From the IMG/VR virus record IMGVR_UViG_2524614838_000004, positions 1-64,000 of that record: a stretch of DNA of 64,000 bases, one strand, 5' to 3'. Below the pieces are notes generated by a model. That model did no database searches, was not told the origin of the DNA, and saw only the letters and a list, made by a program, of their open reading frames with translations. Shown here in pieces: positions 36,586-44,709 of this stretch. The translations under genes and the position numbers were made by a program. Within the stretch, counting starts at the first letter, position 1. Every line of letters starts with the position of its first letter. This DNA comes from a virus. Taxonomy: Duplodnaviria > Caudoviricetes.

Positions 36586-36913
36586 GGTAAATGATTTTGA
36601 TACCCCCCGGGTATGCGTTTCTTAATCTGGAATGCTCATTTTGAAACTTTGAAAATTAACGTTAAAAATCTGACTTAGATTGTGCTGATATTTTGAAAAA
36701 AATCCAGTTCATATCCTTGTGATATTTTGAAAATTTTCAGATTGCTCTTGTAAAGGATTATCGTTCTTGCTATGATTATGCAGGCATTACCACATGGCTT
36801 AATCCCCAGCCAGGGCCTTGTATTTGCCCCGCAGAGGGCATTAAGATAGCACGTGGTCACTTGATCGCATTTAGAGACCCGAACCAATATAAAGGCTATT
36901 TGGTGTTATGATA

Positions 36914-37003
36914 TCATATGCCAGTAGAGACTTCAAGGACAAAATCAGAAAGCCAATTGAACCGCCAGAATGGTGGCCCGCGTTGCGTAGCTTTATCAAA
37001 CAT
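36914..37003 (-). CDS. 29-aa peptide MFDKATQRGPPFWRFNWLSDFVLEVSTGI
   Basis: Very strong RBS GAGGAGGT ahead of the ATG. Confidence 0.45.
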   Translation of the reverse strand: MFDKATQRGPPFWRFNWLSDFVLEVSTGI

Positions 37004-37019
37004 AAGCTTGTACCTCCTC

Positions 37020-37256
37020 ACTTAGATTTTTGCATACATCAAGCCGCGCCCGTCCACGTCCTGCCCCGTGGCTTTGTAGGGCGTAGCCTGATCATATGCG
37101 GGGTGCTATCGTGCAACCGTTTAAACGCCGGATTACATCACCGGGGCGGTGTAAGATGGATAGTTGCCGGCTTGCGTCAGGCAGTAGGCAGGTACACGCC
37201 TTTAGCAAGTGCTTAATGGCCGCCGCCGGAATCGAACCAGCGGTACTCCAACGGCC
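37020..37256 (-). ncRNA. tRNA-minihelix (37217-37256) plus a GC-rich multi-stem RNA
   Basis: Acceptor GGCCGTT/GGCGGCC-A, T arm GCTGG-TTCGATT-CCGGC; several further long-range helices downstream. Confidence 0.5.
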
Positions 37257-37264
37257 TGCGAGTG

Positions 37265-37585
37265 CTATTTTTCGATGTATCCAGCTTTTTCGAGTGCTAG
37301 AGCCACAGGGTCAGTTATACTGACTATGGCATAGGTGTTCCAACCATTTTCTACTACGGTGTGGACGATAGCTTCAGCACCCATACGGCGACACCACTTA
37401 GCGAAACGTTCGATATTGCTTCGAAAACAACGGGGGTATTTATAGCGCTCAAGGTTAATGCAGTATAAGTACCCGGCTATGCAACCGGGGTACTTGGCGT
37501 AATTTGTTATCTGATGAATTAACGCGACCCTCCTATAACGGCCCTGATATCCAAGTAAGGTGTCAACATATTTTGGTATGGTCAT
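37265..37585 (-). CDS. Hypothetical protein (leftward cluster)
   Basis: RBS-preceded ATG 37585. Confidence 0.65.
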   Translation of the reverse strand: MTIPKYVDTLLGYQGRYRRVALIHQITNYAKYPGCIAGYLYCINLERYKYPRCFRSNIERFAKWCRRMGAEAIVHTVVENGWNTYAIVSITDPVALALEKAGYIEK

Positions 37586-37682
37586 CTTTCCTTTTTCTTC
37601 CCTTATCCCTGGGAGCCGGGAAATAAAAGAACGGTGGCGGACTGAACCGCCCACGGCTTAACCGTAACCGCCTAAATTGGAT

Positions 37683-38117
37683 TTACTGGACCATGGTTTT
37701 AATAAAATCATCTATGCTGTTATTTGCAGTAAAATAATTTGCTGGGAAGTGCTGATCCACTATCTTTTTCAGTGCTGATATTGCGCTTTTTAAGGTTTTT
37801 TATGGTTTGTATAAAGTCCAGTAGTCTTGATATTCATTTAATAACTCAGAGAAGTAAAAATCCTTTTGCATTATCACGTATTGCCCGTCTTGGGATTTTA
37901 CCATGTAACTGTTCTTTATTTCCTCTTCTCTTTCTTTAAGCATATTCCGATCGCTTTCCTCTTCAACAATTTCAACAGAATTGCATTTCTGGAGGTTATC
38001 AGAAACAATTCCGATATTAAAAACTTTCCCTACGTAATAAGCTGTAGCTTCTTGAACTGTCCCATTGAAGCGTGTTGTTGTGTTGTCACCGTTTGCATAA
38101 TTTACTTTAATTGTCAT
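37683..38117 (-). pseudogene. Probably two small genes: first stop lost, second has an in-frame TAA at 37800-37802
   Basis: Internal RBS plus ATG (MLKERE); frame continues KTLKSAISALKK...TMVQ after the TAA. Confidence 0.5.
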
Positions 38118-38188
38118 AGTGTTGTCCTCCTAAAATTTGGTAATCCGGCGGTTGCTTTGACGCTACGGCTTGACCGCCGCCGGTTAAA

Positions 38189-38395
38189 TTAGATAATTGC
38201 AATTCGCTTGTCTCCACTGTCAAGGGCTTTCTGGAGCTTGTTAGACATACTGGTTAAGTTCTCCGCTTTGAGATTTAAGAGCCCCTTTTCAATGGTGCTT
38301 GCTTCGGGGGACGCGGCGGCATTTGTATTGATTGCCGCATTCCTATCAAGCTCCCCAATAATCCATGCAATTTCAGTTGTTGTCAAATTAATCAT
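38189..38395 (-). CDS. Hypothetical protein (leftward cluster)
   Basis: RBS GGAGGT. Confidence 0.6.
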   Translation of the reverse strand: MINLTTTEIAWIIGELDRNAAINTNAAASPEASTIEKGLLNLKAENLTSMSNKLQKALDSGDKRIAII

Positions 38396-38687
38396 TCTGT
38401 TACCTCCGATTTTTTGTTTTCCTCCGCTCTGCATTTACCAGGGCTTGTGACCTGCGGAGCTTGTCCGGCTGCATTAGAGGGGCGGCAGTGGCCGCCTAAT
38501 AAGCGAATTTCGAATTGAAGATGATGGACATGTAATGAGATTTTGAAACTCTTATCGGCCGGAAGTTCAGGCAACCTACTTGCTGGCCTATGTAGTAGTG
38601 GTTGCATTTTGAAATTTTGCAGATCCAAATTTTATTTTGATTCCAGTTATCTACCCTGTGTTCTGTTTTCATGTGGAGCTCCTTTCC

Positions 38688-39023
38688 TTAAGCGAATATG
38701 AAATTGTGAATCTTATTTTTCATGGTAGCAGGCATTAAGAAAGCGTAACCAGTGCGAACTCTCCAGCTACAAACTGCACGAGTAGCAATGTAAAGCCGTT
38801 TCTGCTGTTCACTATCAAGTTGTAAAACTTCTATAATCGCCTGAACTGCGCTTTGTGCTCTATCGTGTGACTGATTGGCATATGACAGGTGATCTTTGCG
38901 TTTTTTCAAGCCATCAAAATCTCCGTTGTAAAGTGTCTTCCCAGAATAGCAATAATCGTTATAACAGGTGTTTTGTTCCTCGACTAAATCAATCAGCCTT
39001 TCGATGTCAATGTTCATTTTCAT
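38688..39023 (-). CDS. Hypothetical protein (leftward cluster)
   Basis: RBS AAAGGCGGT. Confidence 0.65.
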   Translation of the reverse strand: MKMNIDIERLIDLVEEQNTCYNDYCYSGKTLYNGDFDGLKKRKDHLSYANQSHDRAQSAVQAIIEVLQLDSEQQKRLYIATRAVCSWRVRTGYAFLMPATMKNKIHNFIFA

Positions 39024-39115
39024 AATTTCTACCGCCTTTCAATGCGACTTGTTTATAAGTATCCCGACCGCCAGCCGGCGGTTTCGTCTTAATTTTCAAA
39101 GACTCTTCAGGGGAT

Positions 39116-39316
39116 TTATTCTCTATTTTCTAATTCTTCTTTTGCTGATTTCAAAATATCATCATCATAAACAGAATTGGCAATCTGTATTCTTACTACT
39201 TCCATTCCGTAACTTTCAAGGTATTTTTTACACTCTTTGGTGCTTTTAAAATATCTATAGTCTTTGTAAACTTCCTTGGTGTTTGGATATGTCATAATAA
39301 ACTCGAATAATTCCAT
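39116..39316 (-). CDS. Hypothetical protein, first gene of the leftward cluster
   Basis: RBS AAAGGCGGT; consensus promoter upstream. Confidence 0.65.
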   Translation of the reverse strand: MELFEFIMTYPNTKEVYKDYRYFKSTKECKKYLESYGMEVVRIQIANSVYDDDILKSAKEELENRE

Positions 39317-39366
39317 GATAGTTACCGCCTTTCGATTGACTTATTTGTGTTGCTTGCTATGTTTAT

Positions 39367-39459
39367 ACTATATCACTTTAGAAAGTGACTGTCAAGCGAT
39401 TTTATAACTTTCTTAAGTGATAAATATGATTTGACTTTTTGTCAAAGATATTTTATACT
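39367..39459. promoter_or_regulatory. Divergent promoters with two 16-bp operators
   Basis: Minus strand TTGACA-17-TATAGT with TCACTTTAGAAAGTGA (39373-39388) as spacer; TAACTTTCTTAAGTGA (39405-39420); plus strand TTGACT-17-TATACT. Confidence 0.8.
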
Positions 39460-39482
39460 TAATTAACTGGAGGAGGTGCGTT

Positions 39483-39725
39483 ATGTTACGATATAAAATA
39501 GATGTTGCTGATGCCTTGGAGCGCAAAGGGTTTAATTTGTATAAGGCAAAGACGACAAAGCTTTTAAGTCAAGACACACTAAAGAAAATTAAGAAAGAGG
39601 ATACTACTATATCCTTAGAAAGCCTTAACCGGATATGTCTAATATTGGATATGCAACCAAAGGATTTGATAGAGTTTAAAGCAACTGAAGAAGAAGAGGA
39701 AATAAAAAAGAAACATAACTTTTAA
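39483..39725 (+). CDS. Cro/C1-type HTH regulator (Aca-like context)
   Basis: ISLESLNRICLILDMQPKDLIEF HTH_26-like pattern. Confidence 0.85.
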   Translation: MLRYKIDVADALERKGFNLYKAKTTKLLSQDTLKKIKKEDTTISLESLNRICLILDMQPKDLIEFKATEEEEEIKKKHNF

Positions 39726-39733
39726 AAAATGTC

Positions 39734-39762
39734 TTGAAAATAACTTTTGGAAGTGATAATAT
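39734..39762 (+). promoter_or_regulatory. Promoter with a third operator copy
   Basis: TTGAAA-17-TAATAT; TAACTTTTGGAAGTGA at 39741-39756. Confidence 0.7.
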
Positions 39763-39813
39763 AGGGGCAACAAATAAAATACCTTGCAAGACAAGGGAGA
39801 AAAGAGGAAGATT

Positions 39814-40077
39814 ATGATGACAAGAGAAAGGGCATGGGAGTTAGCAATCGAAGGGATTGAAAAAGCGTATGAAGAAAAATTCGGGGAACCGTTATGGCAG
39901 GCCTTTGGAAACTCCGTAGCCTATCAAACATATCTTCGGCAGATCGAGAACGATAGCGATTTCTCAGATCTTGATGAGTATGCAACGGAGGAAGAGTACA
40001 AAGATTCTTGGTATAAGTGGTTCATGGATGAAGCCGAAGAGATCACGGATAATGACCGAAAGGAATATCAGTTATAA
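39814..40077 (+). CDS. Small very acidic protein
   Basis: 87 aa, 24 D/E versus 9 K/R, aromatic-rich. Confidence 0.7.
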   Translation: MMTRERAWELAIEGIEKAYEEKFGEPLWQAFGNSVAYQTYLRQIENDSDFSDLDEYATEEEYKDSWYKWFMDEAEEITDNDRKEYQL

Positions 40078-40110
40078 TAATTTATGTCTGAATCCAGAAA
40101 GGCGGAGGAT

Positions 40111-40812
40111 ATGAGGCAAGTGAGAGACTTAACCGGCCAGCGATTCGGCAGGCTTGTAGCTAAGTATCCCACAGACAAGAGACTCGGTACATCCGTGATT
40201 TGGCATTGTGCCTGTGACTGTGGGAAAAGCTGTGAAGTTGCTGCCGTGAATCTTTTGGCAGGAACTACTAAAAGCTGTGGGTGCTTGCGAAGCGAAGCGG
40301 CGAAAGAGCAAATCGATAAAAACAGAAATCCGAAGTATATCGACATCACGGGCAGGACCTTTGGAGAGCTTACCGCGAAGTATCCCCTCCTGGACGGAAA
40401 GCGTGGCAAGGGTATGAGTATGACTTGGCATTGTGAGTGCAGTTGTGGAAAGGCGGTCGATGTGCCATATGGCAGTCTAGCAAGTGGGAGTACGACATCA
40501 TGTGGCCATGTTTGTGTGGACAAGATTAGGGAGCTTTATGTCAACGGTACAGCCCCGTGTAAATTGACATCCACGATTAGTGCGTCAAATAAATCCGGAG
40601 CTACGGGCGTGTATTACAACAAAGTGCGAAAAAAGTGGATAGCCCAAATAATGTTTAAGCGCAAGAATTATTATCTCGGAGGTTACGATGTTTTAACTGA
40701 TGCAATGGACGCACGAAAGCAAGCAGAGAAAGAGATTTACGGTCCTTTCTTGGAGTGGTACGCAAAAGCATATCCTGATCAGTGGGAAAGATTGCAGAGA
40801 AAGAAATGTTAA
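40111..40812 (+). CDS. AP2-domain DNA-binding / endonuclease-associated protein
   Basis: Two DLTGQRFGRL..WHC.C.CG..TxSCG repeats; C-terminal AP2 (GVYYNK..KKWIAQI...YYLG). Confidence 0.8.
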   Translation: MRQVRDLTGQRFGRLVAKYPTDKRLGTSVIWHCACDCGKSCEVAAVNLLAGTTKSCGCLRSEAAKEQIDKNRNPKYIDITGRTFGELTAKYPLLDGKRGKGMSMTWHCECSCGKAVDVPYGSLASGSTTSCGHVCVDKIRELYVNGTAPCKLTSTISASNKSGATGVYYNKVRKKWIAQIMFKRKNYYLGGYDVLTDAMDARKQAEKEIYGPFLEWYAKAYPDQWERLQRKKC

Positions 40813-40986
40813 GGACCGGCGGTTGTTGGCTCTTTTCGTATACATTTTGATTCCAATTTGTACACAAAATGTTTCCACAGATTTAGATATAGATATATAA
40901 ATACATTGCGCAAAAACATGATCATTGCATCATATGCAAGGCCGGACTTCTCCAAAAACTCTATAATGATTAATAAATAAAAGTTA

Positions 40987-41170
40987 TTGACAGATATTGG
41001 ATATTCTGTTATCGTAAAGATAATTGAAAGAAGGCCGTATATAGCCACGTTAATATATACATTTTCGGAGGATAGGGATATATAGATTTTATATATTACT
41101 CCTTCACCCTGGTAGCTCTAGGAGCCGTGACCCGTTGCATAACGTACTTGCAACAGGTGGCGGCTTTTTT
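40987..41170 (+). ncRNA. Candidate ~150-nt small RNA
   Basis: TTGACA-17-TATCGT; long hairpin 41123-41165 plus T-run; no ORF. Confidence 0.4.
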
Positions 41171-41335
41171 ATTTGGCCGTAAATCGATTTTAAGGAGGTA
41201 GACGAGAAAATGTCCGCGGAAGAGATTGGAAACGGCGTAAGATGGCAATATGAACGCTAAAACAGCATTTGATCTATAGGTTATAGTACAACTAGAACAA
41301 ATTCAGAATGAATCTAAAATTGAGGGGTGAGGCAG

Positions 41336-41506
41336 ATGAAAGGAATGAGTGATAAATGTGATCGGAAAAGTTGCCGGTTTTGTGAGACCGGTAAATGCAC
41401 AGATCAGGAGCAACGGAACGAATGCTTAGGCCTACTCTTTCAAATCCTCCCCGATCCTGATGACCGGATAACATTTGCCCTGGTAGACCAGGTTGTAAAA
41501 AATTAA
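41336..41506 (+). CDS. Hypothetical Cys-rich 56-aa protein
   Basis: RBS GGGGTGAGG. Confidence 0.5.
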   Translation: MKGMSDKCDRKSCRFCETGKCTDQEQRNECLGLLFQILPDPDDRITFALVDQVVKN

Positions 41507-41626
41507 ATAAACCTACTGGGATATCAATGATAAGTACCCAGATGTTAAATATATAAAGCTTTTATATGTATCTGTATGATGTATATATGATACCCGTATA
41601 AGAGCCAGAAAGGAGTTATAAATATT

Positions 41627-42271
41627 ATGCCTAAGTCAGATGAGTATACAGTAGATGGCTTTGATATAGAGCTTGATACAGATGATAAAGATACAGACGA
41701 TAGAGATTATATTAATAATATTACAGCTACAATTATGGATATATCTAATGAGTTTATAAAGAGGCATAGTAATATTAATCTATGTTCTTCTCAAGGATTA
41801 TCTGAGTTATTAAAGGATATAGGACGTAAATATAAAGTTGGATTTAATACAGTCACTAAAGAGTATGATATCAAAGAACTAAATATATTATGGGACATCT
41901 ATACAGTTATCTGTTGTACATGTAGGATTAAGCCCACACTGCTCCGCTTTAGTATGATGGCGGGTATTAACAAGGACACGATAAACAGCTGGTTAAAAGG
42001 TGAATTTGATGGGCGGGTCGCTTCCGGCCATTCCGTTTCGGCACAAAAATGGAAATCGGAATGCGAGTCAACTTTGTACGATGAGGTAATCCAAACCGGC
42101 AATATCGGCTGTATGTTCGCCCTAAAAGCCAATTATGGATACCGGGATAATGTCCAGATCATAGCCTACGATGATAAGGCCGGGAAACCGGAATACACCC
42201 GGTCGGAGATTGAGGACAGAGCAAAAACAGTGGACCTGCTGCCGGGATCGGCTGACGAACTACCGGATTAA
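41627..42271 (+). CDS. Probable terminase small subunit
   Basis: HTH (FSMMAGINKDTINSW), GNIGCMFALKANYGYRD; no other TerS candidate seen. Confidence 0.6.
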   Translation: MPKSDEYTVDGFDIELDTDDKDTDDRDYINNITATIMDISNEFIKRHSNINLCSSQGLSELLKDIGRKYKVGFNTVTKEYDIKELNILWDIYTVICCTCRIKPTLLRFSMMAGINKDTINSWLKGEFDGRVASGHSVSAQKWKSECESTLYDEVIQTGNIGCMFALKANYGYRDNVQIIAYDDKAGKPEYTRSEIEDRAKTVDLLPGSADELPD

Positions 42272-42309
42272 AGGCAAAAGAAAAGCCCCGGCGAATGCCA
42301 GGGCAGATG

Positions 42310-42888
42310 TTAAATCAAGAATAAATGTTTCTGTATTGCTTCTTCGACTTGTTTCGGTTGTATACCGATATATCTTTGAGTAACGGCGGTACTTGAATGT
42401 TGCAGGAGTTGCCGAACGATTTCAATGTTGTAGCCATTGCTGTTATAAATGTCGGTAGCATAATACTTGCGGAAGCTGTGAGAACCGATATTTTCAAGGC
42501 CTAGAGATTCACAAGCCAGTTTTAAATGCTTTTGTATGGCTCTTTCGCTTATGTCAAACAGCTTTGCACGGCTTGAAATGCCGTTATCAAGCGCATATTG
42601 CAAGATGTAATTATACAGTTCGACCGGTACAGTAAAATTCCTTTGCTTTTTAGTTTTCCCCTCTGTGATGTCAAGGCGATAGCGTTCGCCGTCTTTGATT
42701 ATGTCACAGGCATGGAGCCGCAGCACATCGCCTATACGTAAGCCCAGGTTGGCTTCCAGCACTAAGGCAGTAGCGATCCGGTTGTTTGGCTTACAGATGG
42801 TTCCGTCCTTGGCCGTAAAGCCGGACCGGATAGTGTCAATGATAAGCTGATATGTTTCTCTGGTTAGTGCAACTGTTTTTTTATTCAT
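42310..42888 (-). CDS. Tyrosine recombinase 3 (catalytic domain only, resolvase-like)
   Basis: NLGLRIGD, GSHSFRK, LLQHSS..VTQRY; promoter TTTACA-17-TATTAT at 42952-42980. Confidence 0.9.
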   Translation of the reverse strand: MNKKTVALTRETYQLIIDTIRSGFTAKDGTICKPNNRIATALVLEANLGLRIGDVLRLHACDIIKDGERYRLDITEGKTKKQRNFTVPVELYNYILQYALDNGISSRAKLFDISERAIQKHLKLACESLGLENIGSHSFRKYYATDIYNSNGYNIEIVRQLLQHSSTAVTQRYIGIQPKQVEEAIQKHLFLI

Positions 42889-42904
42889 TCTGTACTCCTC
42901 CTTA

Positions 42905-43018
42905 AAAGTTCGTAAAACACCTATTAAAAGTTCGTATAATCTATTGATACCATAATACCATATGATGAAACCATTGTAAATACGTAATAGTTCGTAATTT
43001 GATTATTTTACGAACTTT
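42905..43018. repeat. Four AGTTCGTA arms: candidate lox/res site
   Basis: AAAGTTCGTAAAA (42905) and perfect inverse (43006-43018); AAAAGTTCGTATAA (42926); AGTTCGTAA-10-TTACGAACT (42989-43016). Confidence 0.65.
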
Positions 43019-43165
43019 GAAAACGCAAGCAAATAAGACACCCGGCAGGGGGGGTCTATAGGAATTGATTTTTAGGCGTAGTTGGGTCCCGAAGTAACGA
43101 AAAAATCAAAAAAGGCTTTTTATCAAAGTCAAGAATCTGATCAAGAAAGTAAAGAGGTATTCATC

Positions 43166-43624
43166 ATGGTAGACCTTACAGGAAAATTTATAACCACTAC
43201 GACAAATGAAGAAAGTGAAAGATTGCTTAGAATGGCTTCTGCACGAGGATATAGAACAGATATTGGATTGAAAGCAATGGTCAACAATAGATTATTCTAT
43301 TTCTCTGAATTTCCTAAGTGGATATCTACTCCGGCTTATTTTCATTCACCAGATAATGCTTATACATACCAGGAATTATTTGGTGAAGAAGATGAGGAAA
43401 TGAGCAGGATACTATCTGATTCATTGCGCTTCTGCCGGGCTCATGGATATAGCATTTTCAGGATTTATGTTGATGAAGAAACCATGGCATTTAAGGGCAA
43501 GGCGATAGCCAAAGGAATTTCAGGAGATCGTAAAGAAATTGATATGAGCATTGGGAAACCTATTAAGCTTTCAAAAGCTGATATTGAACTGCTTGTAGGC
43601 TGTCCTGTTGAAATCGTTTCTTAG
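43166..43624 (+). CDS. Hypothetical protein
   Basis: RBS AGAGGT. Confidence 0.65.
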   Translation: MVDLTGKFITTTTNEESERLLRMASARGYRTDIGLKAMVNNRLFYFSEFPKWISTPAYFHSPDNAYTYQELFGEEDEEMSRILSDSLRFCRAHGYSIFRIYVDEETMAFKGKAIAKGISGDRKEIDMSIGKPIKLSKADIELLVGCPVEIVS

Positions 43625-43684
43625 AAAAGTGATTCTCAAATTTTTAAAAAATATAAAAAGGCCTTTTCCCGGGAGGATACATAA

Positions 43685-44131
43685 ATGTTCAATCGAAAAT
43701 TATTGTTTGCCAAAAGGCATAGAGGAACTTTCCTGTTTGCTTTTGTAAATTTCAAAACTCAGGAATGCTATGAATGGTATATCCAGTTCTCTTTAAAAGA
43801 TCCTTGGTGGGTTCCCAAATATGATCCGTACTACCTCAATGGAAAATGCCCATTAGCCGGCTGGTTATTTTTCTACTTTGGCAGACATACAAGAGGAGCT
43901 GTTATTCCTTGTCAGGAAAGTGATATTCATGAGGGCGAGAAACCTATAATTGATAAGGCCGGGAATCTGTATATGATTTATAATCTGCCAGATGAAGAAC
44001 TGGCCAGAAAGTTCCGGCGGACGATTCTCCGGTATAACTGTGATGTTGAAATCGAGAAAGATGGCGATAACGTGACACTTGTTAATCGGGTCCGGTCCAG
44101 AAGATGGATTTCAATTTTTCTTAAAAAATAA
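43685..44131 (+). CDS. Hypothetical protein
   Basis: RBS GGAGG. Confidence 0.6.
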   Translation: MFNRKLLFAKRHRGTFLFAFVNFKTQECYEWYIQFSLKDPWWVPKYDPYYLNGKCPLAGWLFFYFGRHTRGAVIPCQESDIHEGEKPIIDKAGNLYMIYNLPDEELARKFRRTILRYNCDVEIEKDGDNVTLVNRVRSRRWISIFLKK

Positions 44132-44151
44132 AAAAGGGGTTGTAGGAAGTC

Positions 44152-44277
44152 ATGATTAATATAGCAGCAATAATAGCGTCACAGACAGCAATGCGTGCCG
44201 CAACGCAATTTACTTTGAATCAGGCAAAAAGGAGACGTGAAGAGGAAGCAAAAAGAAAAGATAAGCCTAAAAAGTAA
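44152..44277 (+). CDS. Hypothetical 41-aa peptide
   Basis: RBS; hydrophobic start, charged tail. Confidence 0.4.
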   Translation: MINIAAIIASQTAMRAATQFTLNQAKRRREEEAKRKDKPKK

Positions 44278-44381
44278 ATCTACGGGTTCCGGCGTGCATG
44301 GGAAGCCAGATTAAATGCGGTCAATCAGGTGGCGGCACCTGGGCGTAAAGTAGCCCGTAACTGGAATATGAGGTAAATATA

Positions 44382-44684
44382 ATGAGTGTAAGTAATGATT
44401 CGTATTATAAGCCAGAGGAAGCGTTACAGGAATTAATGCTTCAAGAGCGTATTCTTTGTACTGCTATTGATATTCAGGCGCTACTTGGCCTTTTGGTGGA
44501 TAAAGGGATTATTTCGAAGGAAGAGATTGATATGTTTAGAGACAGGGTTCGAAATCTTCCGAAGTACAAAAACTCTATTGAGGAAATAGAGCGGTTGAAA
44601 AAGGGATTTTCAGTTGCTAAAGATAATCCAGAAGCATATTTGAAAGCAATTTTAAATGCAAAGATGAGTGGCAAAATAAAATGA
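44382..44684 (+). CDS. Hypothetical protein
   Basis: RBS GAGGT. Confidence 0.65.
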   Translation: MSVSNDSYYKPEEALQELMLQERILCTAIDIQALLGLLVDKGIISKEEIDMFRDRVRNLPKYKNSIEEIERLKKGFSVAKDNPEAYLKAILNAKMSGKIK

Positions 44685-44709
44685 ATTATTGAATTGGGGA
44701 GGTTATGAA

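Noticed and set aside
36908-37323. Plus-strand ORFs of 102 and 75 aa
   Set aside because: No RBS; they overlie the GC-rich minus-strand structured RNA and are likely by-products.
40068-40523. 151-aa minus-strand ORF
   Set aside because: Antisense shadow of the AP2-domain gene; no RBS or motif.
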